Assembly (NCBI GenBank): GCA_963806225.1
Contig: CAWDXG010000004.1
Span: forward strand, 4,960,001-5,024,000
DNA: 64,000 nucleotides
DNA from: an uncultured delta proteobacterium
GTDB lineage: Bacteria; Myxococcota_A; Polyangia; Polyangiales; Polyangiaceae
Direction: 5' to 3'
Below are positions 19,479-30,994 of this stretch, piece after piece. How positions within the stretch are numbered: position 1 is the stretch's first letter; the number at the start of each line of letters is the position of its first letter. The notes under the pieces are model-generated. The model was not told the DNA's origin. It searched no databases and worked only from the letters and a program-made list of their open reading frames with translations. The position numbers and the translations under genes are program-made.

Positions 19479-19629
19479 GTGCCCCCTGTCGGATAGTGTG
19501 CAGCGTGTGCCTACAGCCACACACAGGGTGGGAGGATTGTCTTCATTGTCGGACAGCTGTCAAGGCATTATCTGGCCGATGGGCCGACGCACTGCGGCAT
19601 TTCGGTGCTCTACTTGATCCGCTAGCGAG

Positions 19630-21156
19630 GTGAACGTGGTCGAGCGTGCAGCCGGCAAGGTGTGGCTCGTGGGAGCAGGACCTGGCGATCCCGGGCTCAT
19701 CACCGTCAGGGGTCTCGAGGTACTCGAGCAGGCCGAGGTCGTCTTGCACGATGGGCTCGCGCACCCCGCGTTGCTCGAGCTCTGCCCGAGCAGCGACCAG
19801 CGCGACGTGGGCGAGCGCTTCGGTCAGTCGAGCCCGAACCAGAGCGAGATCACCGCGCAGCTGATCGAGCTGGCACGCGCCGGCAAGCGCGTGGTGCGCT
19901 TGAAAGGCGGCGATCCATTCCTGTTCGCTCGCGGCTCGGAAGAGGCGACGGGGCTGGCGCGCGCGAACGTGCCGTTCGAGGTCGTGCCGGGGCTCTCGGC
20001 GCCGGTCGGGACCGCGGCCTATGCCGGTATCTCGCTCACGCACCACGATCTGTCGTCGAGCGTCACGATCGTTACCGGCAGCGACAAGGCCGGCAGGGAG
20101 CAGTCGCCCGGAGCGTGGAAGAAGCTCGCGACCGCCACCGATACGATCTGCGTGCTGATGGGCATGCCGCGCATCGAGGAGATCACGCAAGCGCTGGTCG
20201 ACGGAGGCCGTTCGCCGGACAGTCCTGCGGCGGTCATCCAGTGGGGAGCGCGACCGGAGCAGCGCGTCGTCAGCGCTACGCTCGGCAGCATCGCCGGCGA
20301 GGCCCGGGCCGTGGGCGCGAAGAACCCGGCCGTGATCGTGATCGGCGACGTGGTACGGCTGCGCGAAGAGCTCCGTTGGTACGACAACCGCCCGCTGTTC
20401 GGGAAACGCATCCTGGTGCCGCGCCCGATCGCACAGGCGAAGGTCACGGCCGGCGCGATCCGCGAGCGCGCCGCGGACCCGGTGGTGTTCCCCGTCATCG
20501 AACTCTGCGATCCGCCCGACACCGAGCCGCTCGAGCGGGCCGCACGCGAGCTCGGCAGCTACGACTGGGTGCTGTTCACGAGCGCCAACGGTGTGGATCG
20601 CTTCTTCGCTACCCTCTCGCGTCTCGGCCGCGACGCCAGAGCGTTTGCCGCGGCGAACATCGGCGTGATCGGGCCCAAGACGGCCAAGTCGCTGGAGCGC
20701 TACGGGCTCCGGGCGGATCTGGTCGCCGAGGAGTACATCGGCGAGGGGCTGGCCCGGGCGATCCGCGAGCGGGGCGGCGCGCGTCGCGTGTTGATCCCCC
20801 GCGCGCTGGTGGCGCGCGACACGCTGCCCGCGATGCTGCGCGAGGAGGGGGTCGAGGTCGACGTCGTGCCCGCCTACGAAACGCGGCCCATCGACGCCGA
20901 GCGCGCGGCCGAGCTGGTGCGCCGCTTCGAGGACGGCGGGATCGACGTGGCGATCTTCACGTCGAGCTCGACGGTCAGCTCGCTCTGTTCGCTGCTGGGC
21001 GAGCGCGCAGCCGAGCTGCTGGCCCGCGTTACGGTGGGGAGCATCGGCCCGGTCACGTCGAAGACGGCAGAAAAGCTTGGCGTCCGGGTGGATGTGACGG
21101 CGACGGAGTACACCGTCGCCGGTCTGCTCGACGCGCTGGAACGACACTTCGGCTGA
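19630..21156 (+). CDS. cobA: Uroporphyrinogen-III C-methyltransferase / uroporphyrinogen-III synthase fusion (CobA-HemD)
   Basis: VWLVGAGPGDPGLIT, VVRLKGGDPF, PLFGKRILV, FTSANGV and FTSSSTV motifs. Confidence 0.93.
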   Translation: MNVVERAAGKVWLVGAGPGDPGLITVRGLEVLEQAEVVLHDGLAHPALLELCPSSDQRDVGERFGQSSPNQSEITAQLIELARAGKRVVRLKGGDPFLFARGSEEATGLARANVPFEVVPGLSAPVGTAAYAGISLTHHDLSSSVTIVTGSDKAGREQSPGAWKKLATATDTICVLMGMPRIEEITQALVDGGRSPDSPAAVIQWGARPEQRVVSATLGSIAGEARAVGAKNPAVIVIGDVVRLREELRWYDNRPLFGKRILVPRPIAQAKVTAGAIRERAADPVVFPVIELCDPPDTEPLERAARELGSYDWVLFTSANGVDRFFATLSRLGRDARAFAAANIGVIGPKTAKSLERYGLRADLVAEEYIGEGLARAIRERGGARRVLIPRALVARDTLPAMLREEGVEVDVVPAYETRPIDAERAAELVRRFEDGGIDVAIFTSSSTVSSLCSLLGERAAELLARVTVGSIGPVTSKTAEKLGVRVDVTATEYTVAGLLDALERHFG

Positions 21157-21240
21157 CCCAGTGCGGAGCGGTGCACCACGACGGCGCGCCGGAATGGAGC
21201 GTCGTGTGGCGCCGTCACGCGAAAACAGCCATGCGGGCGC

Positions 21241-21256
21241 CGGCACGCCCTTCGCA
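21241..21256 (+). promoter_or_regulatory. Putative sigma54 -24/-12 promoter
   Basis: CGGCACGCCCTTCGCA is GG-N10-GC, ending about 28 nt before ATG 21285. Confidence 0.5.
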
Positions 21257-21284
21257 ATGCTCCCCGTCGTCGAAAGGAGCAGCG

Positions 21285-22127
21285 ATGAAGATCACATTCT
21301 GGGGCGTAAGAGGCAGCATTGCATCGCCGGGGCCGGAGACGGCGGGCGTCGGCGGCAACACCAGCTCGGTGGAGATCGAGTGCGGAGAGCAGCGCATCCT
21401 GCTCGATGCCGGTACCGGGCTCCGCGCGCTGGGTGAACACCTGATGCGCGACGGCATCGACTCTGCGACCCTGCTGCTCAGCCACCACCACTGGGATCAC
21501 ATCCAGGGCCTGCCGTTCTTCGTCCCGCTGTACGTGCCGGGCACGCGGCTGACCGTCATGGGGCCCTCGTCGGAACGGCTAGGTTTGCTGGAGGTCCTCG
21601 CGCGGCAGATGAGCGCGCCCGGTTTTCCGGTGCGGTTCGACGAGCTGCCGAGCAGCGTCGAGACGCGCGCACTCAAGAGTGGCGACCGAGTGGAGCTCGG
21701 CGACGTGCGCATCACGGCGGCCAAGCTGAACCATCCGGGCGGCGTGCTCGCCTATCGCATCGACTATGCCGGCGCGAGCGTGGTGTACGCGACGGATACC
21801 GAGCACTACGCCTGCGTCGATCCGGCGCTGCGCGCGCTCGCGGACAGGGCGGACGTGTTGATCTACGACGCGCAGTACACGCCCGAGGAGTACCGCGGCG
21901 AGGCGGGGCCGTCGAAGGCGGGGTGGGGGCATTCCACCTTCGAGGAGGGCGCGCGCCTGGCGCGGGTCGCCGAGGTGAAGCAGCTGGTGCTCTTCCACCA
22001 CGATCCGAAGCGGGACGATGCGGCCGTCGCCGAGCTGGAGCGGCGTGCCCGCGAGCGCTTCGCCGAGAGCGTCGCGGCCCGCGAAGGCATGCAGATCGAG
22101 CTGGGCGCCGCGGTCCGCGCCGCCTGA
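21285..22127 (+). CDS. MBL-fold metallo-hydrolase (RNase Z/PhnP-like; possible phosphodiesterase)
   Basis: AAGGAG RBS; FWGVRGS, LDAGTG, SHHHWDHIQG, TDTE, GWGHS and LFHHDP motifs. Confidence 0.9.
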   Translation: MKITFWGVRGSIASPGPETAGVGGNTSSVEIECGEQRILLDAGTGLRALGEHLMRDGIDSATLLLSHHHWDHIQGLPFFVPLYVPGTRLTVMGPSSERLGLLEVLARQMSAPGFPVRFDELPSSVETRALKSGDRVELGDVRITAAKLNHPGGVLAYRIDYAGASVVYATDTEHYACVDPALRALADRADVLIYDAQYTPEEYRGEAGPSKAGWGHSTFEEGARLARVAEVKQLVLFHHDPKRDDAAVAELERRARERFAESVAAREGMQIELGAAVRAA

Positions 22128-22140
22128 CATGGAGGCAGCG

Positions 22141-23661
<1,521 letters not shown>

Positions 23662-23773
23662 CGGCCCGCTCGTGTCCGCCGCACAGGCTGCGCAAGAGGT
23701 GCGGGGGGCGCATATTGTGCGCAAGCGACCGTTTGCAGCCGCGCGAAACTCCGCAGATCGTGCGAGCCGGACG

Positions 23774-23789
23774 TGGCACGCTGCTTGAA
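23774..23789 (+). promoter_or_regulatory. Putative sigma54 promoter of the hemerythrin gene
   Basis: TGGCACGCTGCTTGAA (consensus -24 box, TTGA at -12). Confidence 0.5.
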
Positions 23790-23828
23790 AGTCCAGAGCG
23801 GGTCCCCAGCAACCGGAAGAGAGGCGAC

Positions 23829-24419
23829 GTGAAGGCTGCCGATCTCGTCTACAAGGAGCATCGACTGATCGCGCGGGTGCTCGACGCGCTGGAGGTCTAC
23901 GTCGACCAGCTGGAAGAGGCAGGCGACGCGACCGACCGGCACGACCTGGCGCGCTTCGTCACTTTCTTCCGCGAGTTTGCCGACCTCGGTCACCACGAGA
24001 AGGAAGAGAACATCGTCTTCCCGGAGATGGTGCGCGCCGGATTCAGCTGGGACGACGGGATCCTTTCCGACCTCAGGCAGGAGCACAACCAGGAGCGCTA
24101 TCTGATGCGCACGCTGCGCCATGCCTCGCTGCAGAAGGACCTGTGGTCGAGTGAGGATCTGCGCCATCTGGTGAGCGTCGCCCGCACCTTCATCGAGTTC
24201 CAGCGCGCCCACATGGCGAGGGAAGACGCGGAGCTTCTCCCGGTCCTGCGCGACAGGCTGCCGGAGGCCGTCGAACAGGAGCTGGTGAAACGGCTGAAGC
24301 GCTTCGACGAGGTGTGGGCCGACAGCGGAGAAAGCGCCTGGTTGCGCGGGCTCGGGCAGGACCTCGTGGAACGCTACACGCCCGGGCGCGCCGGGTCCGA
24401 AACCCATCCCGTTGCATAG
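23829..24419 (+). CDS. Hemerythrin/HHE-domain protein
   Basis: EHRLI, HHEKEE.IVFP, EHNQER and H..RED..LLP motifs; GAGG RBS before GTG. Confidence 0.88.
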   Translation: MKAADLVYKEHRLIARVLDALEVYVDQLEEAGDATDRHDLARFVTFFREFADLGHHEKEENIVFPEMVRAGFSWDDGILSDLRQEHNQERYLMRTLRHASLQKDLWSSEDLRHLVSVARTFIEFQRAHMAREDAELLPVLRDRLPEAVEQELVKRLKRFDEVWADSGESAWLRGLGQDLVERYTPGRAGSETHPVA

Positions 24420-24452
24420 CGTGCGAGGCTGACCCCGCGCGTTCTCGCGCGG

Positions 24453-25106
24453 TCAGCCCGCGGGGTCGACCAGGCCGTGGACCACGGCCCATTTGGTGAG
24501 CCCGGCGGTGCCCTGCACCTCGAGCTTGCGCATGATGCGTTCGCGGTGCGTCTCGACCGTACGTACGCTGATGCCCAGCCGCTCGGCAATGAGCTTGTTC
24601 GAGTAGCCGTCGGCGATCAGCCTCAGTACCTCGAGCTCGCGGCGCGAGAGCGGCCGCTTGTGCTGTCCGGAGCTTGGAGCTTCGTCACCTTCGGCTTCTG
24701 CCGGCTCGAACCAGCGCTCGCCGGCATGAACCCGCTCGATGATGCGGATCATCTCCTCGGGCGGCGTGGTCTTCACGATGTAGCCCGAGGCGCCTGCGTC
24801 GGACATCTCGCGGACGTAGTACGGACTGTCGTGGACGCTCAGCCCCAGCACCCGGACACCCGGCTGGGTCTGCGCGAGCACACGCGTCGCCTCGATGCCG
24901 TCGGTCCCCGGCATTGCGATGTCCATCAGGATCACGTCCGGCTGCAACGTTTGCGCCTGGTTGATCGCTTCGGCGCCGTCATGCGCCACGCCGACGATCT
25001 GCAGGCGCGCGGAGCGCCGCATGACGTGCTTCAGCCCTTCCAGCACGATCGGATGATCGTCGACCAGAAGAACCTTGATCCTGCTTGGTTTGTTTGCAGC
25101 TTCCAC
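24453..25106 (-). CDS. NarL/LuxR-family response regulator
   Basis: LLVDDH, MDIAMP and LSRRELEVL..GYSNKLIA..TVETHR motifs. Confidence 0.93.
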   Translation of the reverse strand: MEAANKPSRIKVLLVDDHPIVLEGLKHVMRRSARLQIVGVAHDGAEAINQAQTLQPDVILMDIAMPGTDGIEATRVLAQTQPGVRVLGLSVHDSPYYVREMSDAGASGYIVKTTPPEEMIRIIERVHAGERWFEPAEAEGDEAPSSGQHKRPLSRRELEVLRLIADGYSNKLIAERLGISVRTVETHRERIMRKLEVQGTAGLTKWAVVHGLVDPAG

Positions 25107-25436
25107 GCTCGTGGTGCTGGCCGTGCTCGCCGCGCCGGTGCACCGCGACGGGCAGTCCCAGAAAACTCAATACGCGGGCGACGATCGCCAGGATATCCGA
25201 TAAATTACGGATTTCTAATGGGTTGGGCCCCGGGGAAGCGCAGCGCTGACGGCTGGACTCTCACAGAAAAAACCGCAGGGAGGGCCCACGTCCAGTCGAA
25301 AGCTCAACCGGGAAGAACGGACGAATGTTCCCGTCGCAGCCTCCACCGTCCTCGTCGGGGATTCCAGGTTTTCGTCGGAAGCTGCTGCTCGTCGGGCGGC
25401 GGGTCGCCCGGACGGCCAGCACGCCACGGAGCCCGG

Positions 25437-27014
25437 CTACCCGCGATGGCGCTCGACGTAGCGGTCGACTTCTTCAGCCACGCGAAACGTGGTGGGGAGC
25501 TCTGGCGCGTCGAGCAGCCGGTAGACGCCGTCCAGACCCGGCCGGTAGCGCCGTGCCATGTCGTCACGCCGTCCGACCAGTGTCTCGAGCGCACTGCCCA
25601 GTGCTTCGATGTCATCAGTGGTGGAATACAATCCCAGTGAAGCGCGTACCATCCCCGGTACGTTGCGGCGATCGCCGCAGCTGATCTCGTTGCGGTAGCG
25701 ATTTTCCGTTTCCTCGTCCACGCCGAGCAGTGCCTTGACGTACGGGTGTGCGCAGAAGCACCCGTCACGGACTGCGATGTTGAAAAAATCGTTGAGATAG
25801 GCCGCGACCAGTCCGTGCGGTAGACCATCGACGTTGAACGACACGACTCCGGCTCGCGGAACGCGCTCCAGATCGGCGCTCCCGAAGACCGTTACGCCTT
25901 CGATGCCTTCCAGTCGCGAGACGAGCTGGCGCGTGAGAACGCGCTCTTCGCTGGCCACCTTGTCCATGCCGACCCGCATCAAGAGCTCCGCGATGAGGCC
26001 GATGGCGATCGAGCCGGGGATATTGGGCGTCCCTGCTTCTTCCCGCGCGGTCACCTTGTCCGTGATCTCGAACTCGTCCAGCGTCACGTATTCGACCATG
26101 CCGCCGCCCACGTCCGTTACGCATCTGCGTTCGGAGAGCGTCTTGAGATTGCCGATCAGGGCGCCGCGGCTGCCCGGCGCGTACAGCTTGTGTCCAGACA
26201 GGACCAGGTAGTCGAGCGTCTCCGCAGGGTCCGGACGGTGCATCTGCACGGGGGCGTGGGGCACCCATTGCGCGCCGTCCACGAGCAGCTCGGCGCCCAC
26301 TGCGTGCGTCAGTCGGGCGATGCGGTGCACCGGATTGATGATTCCGGTGACGTTCGAGACGGCCGTGACCGTGACCAGGCGTACGCGATCGCCCTCTTCG
26401 CGAAGGATACGCTCGAGGTCGGACAGGTCGAGCGCGCCGGTCTCCGGGTCGATGCGTACGGCGCGGATGTTGTGGTGCCCGACGGCTTCCATCCACGGCA
26501 GGAGATTGGAGTGGTGCTCCATCTGCGTGGTGACCACCAGCGGTCGTGCGGTCAGCTCGTCCAGCATCGCGCCCACGGAAGCTCCGAGGTGGTTCTTGAA
26601 CGCCTGCACGAACTCGGGTGGGGCACCTTCCGGGAAGCGCTTCACCACGGCGCGGAGCTCCGACGGGAACAGGGCGCGCGCCAGGAAGTTCGCCGCGCCG
26701 GTTGCACCGTTCGAGGCAAAGATGACAACGTCGCGCTCGGGTTGGTAGCCGACCAGTCTGCCCACCGCGTCGCGGCTGTCCTCGATGGCGCGGGTCGTGT
26801 CGCGCCCCGCCCGGTGCGCTTCGGTGTGGCTGTTTGCCGACGCTGCCTCGAGGTAGCGTTCCAGCCCCTGCCACACCGGGCGCGGCATCAGCGCGGTGGC
26901 CGTGGTGTCGAGGTAGACGCGGCGCCGGGATTCCTGCGCGCCTGCGTCGTTGAAGACCGGATCGACCCGATCCAGGCCGATGAAATCGCGGGATAATTGC
27001 TCGAGGAGCGTCAT
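25437..27014 (-). CDS. Class V PLP aminotransferase, SufS-like cysteine desulfurase
   Basis: YLDTTAT, EHHSNLLPW, DGAQ, SGHK, AGTPN and RDGCFCAHP motifs. Confidence 0.88.
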   Translation of the reverse strand: MTLLEQLSRDFIGLDRVDPVFNDAGAQESRRRVYLDTTATALMPRPVWQGLERYLEAASANSHTEAHRAGRDTTRAIEDSRDAVGRLVGYQPERDVVIFASNGATGAANFLARALFPSELRAVVKRFPEGAPPEFVQAFKNHLGASVGAMLDELTARPLVVTTQMEHHSNLLPWMEAVGHHNIRAVRIDPETGALDLSDLERILREEGDRVRLVTVTAVSNVTGIINPVHRIARLTHAVGAELLVDGAQWVPHAPVQMHRPDPAETLDYLVLSGHKLYAPGSRGALIGNLKTLSERRCVTDVGGGMVEYVTLDEFEITDKVTAREEAGTPNIPGSIAIGLIAELLMRVGMDKVASEERVLTRQLVSRLEGIEGVTVFGSADLERVPRAGVVSFNVDGLPHGLVAAYLNDFFNIAVRDGCFCAHPYVKALLGVDEETENRYRNEISCGDRRNVPGMVRASLGLYSTTDDIEALGSALETLVGRRDDMARRYRPGLDGVYRLLDAPELPTTFRVAEEVDRYVERHRG

Positions 27015-27184
27015 GTTGGGGCTCTATGGAGTTATCGGGATGCCGGGAGCGTAGGAGCCCGGAGGCTCACGTTCAAGTACGGGCAGCCGGGTTCGCGCGC
27101 GGGCGCACTCCTTGCGCCTGGCGCGTGCATAATCCCGCGTGCAGTGCTGCGCGGATGTCGTAGCTTTGCTTCCGGAGGTCCCTC

Positions 27185-29107
27185 TTGGCGCGCGGCCCCG
27201 ACGAGGTGTTGAAAGAGCTTTTCGAAAGCGAGCGACGGTTCAGCCTCGCTTTCGCCTACGAACGCGACGCGATCAGCGTGTTCGACGTGGCGGCGCAGCG
27301 CTTTATCGACGTGAATGAAGCCTGGGTCGAGCTGTACGGCTACTCGCGGGAAGAAGCGCTCTCGATGACGCCCGCCGACGTGAGCGACGAGCAGGAAGCG
27401 ACCCGCGCCTCCATCGAAGAGCGTGCAGCGGGCAAGGCAATCAGCCGCGTCGACCTGCGCTGGCACAGGAAGAAGGACGGGACGCGCTTCCCGGTCGAGC
27501 TGAGCTGCGGGCAGGTCGAGCTGGGGGGACGCGCGGCGGTGTACGCGGTGATGCGCGACATCACCGAACGCGTGCAGGCGGACGAAGCGCTGAGACGTTC
27601 CGAGGCGAGCTCCCGGGCGCTGATCGAGGGCATCCCGTACGGGGTATTCGTGCATCGCTTCGGCAAGATCGTCTACATCAATCCGGCCGGTCTGGATCTC
27701 GTCGGATACCGCGAGCACCCCGACGAGATCCTGGGCATGGAGGCTCTGGACTTCGTTCATCCGGACGAGCGCGCAGTGGTGCAGCAGCGCATCGCCCAGT
27801 ACATGAAGCAGGGCAAGACGGCGCCCGTGCTGGAGGAGCGTTTCCGCAGGCGCGACGGCAGCTACTTCATGGTGGAGGTCACCGGCATTCCCGTCATGTT
27901 CGATGGCGAGCCGGCTGCACTGGCCCTGGTGCGGGACATCTCCGTCAAGAAGCGCATGGAGGCCCAGCTCATCGTCTCCGATCGTCTGGCGTCGCTCGGT
28001 CGACTGGCGGCTTCGGTGGGCCACGAGATCAACAATCCGCTCGCCTACGTGCTGGGCAACGTGCAGATGCTGGAGCAGGATCTGTCGCGCCTCGGTTCCA
28101 GCGGCCGCGTGGACGCCGAGACCCTGGAACAGCTCCTGGACCGGCTTTCCGCTGTCGAGCAGGGGGCCGAGCGCGTGCGCGACATCGTGCGCGATCTCAA
28201 GACACTTGCGCCGAGCAACGACGAGCCGCGCGGCGCCGTCGACCTGCACGGCGTGCTCGACGTGTGCGCGGACATGGCGGAGCACGAGATCCGGCACCGC
28301 GCGCGCCTGGTCAAGGACTACGGCGAAGCGGCCATGGTCGAGGCCAGCGAGGGACGGCTAGGGCAGATCTTCCTGAACCTGCTCGTCAACGCCGCGCAGG
28401 CCATCCCCGAGGGCAACGTGCTCGACAACGACGTGCGGCTCGCGACCCGCCGGCTTGGTGCCGACCACGTCCTCGTCGAGATTAGCGATTCCGGGAGCGG
28501 CATTCCCGAGGAAGTGCTGGGCCGCATCTTCGAGCCGTTCTTCTCCACCAAGGCTCCGGGCGCTGGGACGGGGCTCGGGCTTTCAATCTGCCATCATCTG
28601 GTCACCTCCGTCGGGGGGAGCATCGAGGTCCGACGGCGTGCCCCGCGGGGAACGACATTCCGCGTGACGTTGCCGCTGTCCCGGAGCGCGGTGGTCCAAT
28701 CCCGGGAACCGGTCGAGGCGTCGCGCCCCGTGGTCGGCCGGCGCGTGCTGGTGATCGACGACGAAGAGCGTTTCGCGGCGATGCTCGTGTCCTTCCTCGG
28801 AGGCTACGACGTAAGCGTCGCCCACAGCGGGCGGCAGGCCATCGAGCGGTTCGAGCAGGGGGAACAGTTCGACGTTGTCCTGTGCGACCTCATGATGGGC
28901 GACATGACCGGCATGGACGTGTACGACTACCTGACCCGGAGCGGCAGCGGCGCCGAGCACCGCATGATCCTGATGACGGGCGGCGCGTTCACGCCGCGTG
29001 CGCAGGAGTTCCTCGATGCCGTGGACAACCCGCGCCTCGACAAGCCCTTCCGGGTCAGCGAGGTCGCGCGCGCGATCCACGAGTTGCTTTCGCAAGCGGC
29101 GGAGTGA
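27185..29107 (+). CDS. Hybrid sensor kinase: PAS-PAS-HisKA-HATPase-receiver
   Basis: Two PAS/PAC units; HEINNPL, QIFLNLLVNA and GTGLGL; receiver VIDDE..LCDLMM..KPF. Confidence 0.92.
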   Translation: MARGPDEVLKELFESERRFSLAFAYERDAISVFDVAAQRFIDVNEAWVELYGYSREEALSMTPADVSDEQEATRASIEERAAGKAISRVDLRWHRKKDGTRFPVELSCGQVELGGRAAVYAVMRDITERVQADEALRRSEASSRALIEGIPYGVFVHRFGKIVYINPAGLDLVGYREHPDEILGMEALDFVHPDERAVVQQRIAQYMKQGKTAPVLEERFRRRDGSYFMVEVTGIPVMFDGEPAALALVRDISVKKRMEAQLIVSDRLASLGRLAASVGHEINNPLAYVLGNVQMLEQDLSRLGSSGRVDAETLEQLLDRLSAVEQGAERVRDIVRDLKTLAPSNDEPRGAVDLHGVLDVCADMAEHEIRHRARLVKDYGEAAMVEASEGRLGQIFLNLLVNAAQAIPEGNVLDNDVRLATRRLGADHVLVEISDSGSGIPEEVLGRIFEPFFSTKAPGAGTGLGLSICHHLVTSVGGSIEVRRRAPRGTTFRVTLPLSRSAVVQSREPVEASRPVVGRRVLVIDDEERFAAMLVSFLGGYDVSVAHSGRQAIERFEQGEQFDVVLCDLMMGDMTGMDVYDYLTRSGSGAEHRMILMTGGAFTPRAQEFLDAVDNPRLDKPFRVSEVARAIHELLSQAAE

Positions 29108-29111
29108 ACGG

Positions 29112-30008
29112 ATGCGCGCGGCTCGCAAGGCGAGCCGGGGGCTGGCGCCTCTGGTGGCCACCTCCGTGCTAGTGACCAGCGCGGCTGCGTTCGGCGGAAA
29201 CGCGAAGGACGCGTCCCTCGCGGCAGGCGGCGAGCTGCCCCCATGCCCTGCGGGCGATCACCGGGAGGGCACGACCTGCGTGAGCTCGCCGCTGTTCGGT
29301 GACGGCTACGACACCAACATCTACAGCCTGTTCGGCCTGCGCGGCAGTCTCACACGAGGGGCGGCGCACGACACGGCGGTGGGCGTGTCGCTGACCAGCG
29401 AGGGCGTCAGTTACGGCTCCGGCTCGCTGGTGACGCTCCGGCTGGCGCACCTGGCATTCCTCGGCGCCGGCGCGGACGGCGTGGAGGGCGGGCTCGGGCT
29501 CGACTACGCGATGGGGCTCCGCGCACGCTTCGGGCCGCACCACGGACCCTTCGCTCGGCTGGGGCTCCGCGCACACCTGCTCGGCAACCAGAAGCTCTAC
29601 AGCTCGCGGATCGAGCTGCCGCAGTTGCAGCTCGGCTACCAGCTGCTCGACCAGCGGATGCTGCTCGAGCTCGGCGGCCGCGGCGGGTTCGTCCTGATCG
29701 GTCGCCAGAACGCCCTGGGCGGCCGGCGACCGCTCGGCGACGCGTTCGATTTCGGCGGCTACTCCGCGCTCCGCTTCGAGAGCCTGCATCTGGAGGCCGG
29801 CTGGACCCGCACCGAGGCACGGAGTTCGGCGCCGGGTACCCCTGTCGACGAGCTGTCCGGATTGCTCTGCGGCATTGCGCCCCCGTTCGGCGTGTGCCTC
29901 GACGCGCGCTACTACCGCGGCGACGTGCGCGTCGGCCAGGACGCCCGTCTCGCAGAGAGCACCTACGTGGGCCTGGCGATCGGCGCGGGCGTCCAGGCGA
30001 CACCGTAG
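29112..30008 (+). CDS. Exported hypothetical protein, possibly an outer-membrane beta-barrel
   Basis: Signal-like N-terminus; alternating hydrophobic/Gly strands; ends YVGLAIGAGV. Confidence 0.6.
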   Translation: MRAARKASRGLAPLVATSVLVTSAAAFGGNAKDASLAAGGELPPCPAGDHREGTTCVSSPLFGDGYDTNIYSLFGLRGSLTRGAAHDTAVGVSLTSEGVSYGSGSLVTLRLAHLAFLGAGADGVEGGLGLDYAMGLRARFGPHHGPFARLGLRAHLLGNQKLYSSRIELPQLQLGYQLLDQRMLLELGGRGGFVLIGRQNALGGRRPLGDAFDFGGYSALRFESLHLEAGWTRTEARSSAPGTPVDELSGLLCGIAPPFGVCLDARYYRGDVRVGQDARLAESTYVGLAIGAGVQATP

Positions 30009-30093
30009 CGCGGGCGGCCGGGCGTGTTCTCCGCTACGCTCCGGCCGATGCAGCCCGACGTGGAAGACCGTGCACCGTGGGGCAGGTGCTGAC

Positions 30094-30963
30094 ATGCCCG
30101 CCGATCTCGCAGCCGACACAGCCGTCCGCGCTCTGGATGCGTCGCCGGGCTGGTACGTCGCCGATCTACCCGCGAGCTGGAACTACCGCACGCCATCGGG
30201 CGGCGTGCTGATGACGCTCGCGCTCAGGGCCATGCAGGCCGAGCTGGCCGATCCGGCGCTTCGCATCTGCTCGGCGACGACGCTGTTCTGCTCGCCGGTG
30301 CCGGCTGGGCCCGTCGAGATCCAGGTCGCAGTGCTGCGACACGGCGGTGCCGCCGCGCAGTTGCGCGCAGCACTCAGTTCCACGCTCGCGCCCGGGCCCG
30401 GCCTCGAGGTGAGCGCGACCTTCGCGCGGCGTCGCGAAGGCTTCGACTTCATCGACGCCGCGCCGCCCGAGGTGCCGCGCCCCGACCAGGCGCAGGAGCT
30501 GAGCGAAACGGTACCCTTCGCCAAGGTGCGCCCGCCGTTCTTCGAGAACCTCGACAGTCGGCTCGCGCTGGGCGACGACTGGTGGCAGGGGCCGTGGCAG
30601 GGGGGCGAGGCGCGCTATGCCCGCTGGCTCCGCTACCGCGTGCCGCAGCGGCTCGACAGTGGCCTGCTCGATCCGCTGGCGCTGTGCCCGGTGGCCGACA
30701 CCATGCCGCCGGCGGTCGTGCAGAAGCTCGGGAGCGGGTTCAAGCCGTTCGTCGCGCCGAGCCTGGACCTGACTGTGCACTTCCTCGACGACACTCCGCG
30801 CGAGTGGCTGCTCGTCAGTGCCTACTGCCGCCGCGCCCTCGGCGGCATTGCCAGTGCGGACGTGGAGATCTGGGACGACGAAGAGCGCCTGCTCGCATTC
30901 GGCACGCAGGTGATGATCTTCCGGCGACCCCCGGCGGGGCTTCTCGACGGAAAGCCCGGGTAG
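30094..30963 (+). CDS. TesB-like double-hotdog thioesterase
   Basis: W....GG..M..ALRA, D..PP, SLDLTVHF and EIWD..LLA...Q motifs. Confidence 0.85.
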   Translation: MPADLAADTAVRALDASPGWYVADLPASWNYRTPSGGVLMTLALRAMQAELADPALRICSATTLFCSPVPAGPVEIQVAVLRHGGAAAQLRAALSSTLAPGPGLEVSATFARRREGFDFIDAAPPEVPRPDQAQELSETVPFAKVRPPFFENLDSRLALGDDWWQGPWQGGEARYARWLRYRVPQRLDSGLLDPLALCPVADTMPPAVVQKLGSGFKPFVAPSLDLTVHFLDDTPREWLLVSAYCRRALGGIASADVEIWDDEERLLAFGTQVMIFRRPPAGLLDGKPG

Positions 30964-30994
30964 CGCGCGAGCGGTCGGGGTGCGAGGGCGGGTG

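Noticed and set aside
19662..22127. 821-aa ORF
   Set aside because: The N-terminal part is an off-frame shadow of cobA-hemD; the real gene starts at 21285 with an RBS.
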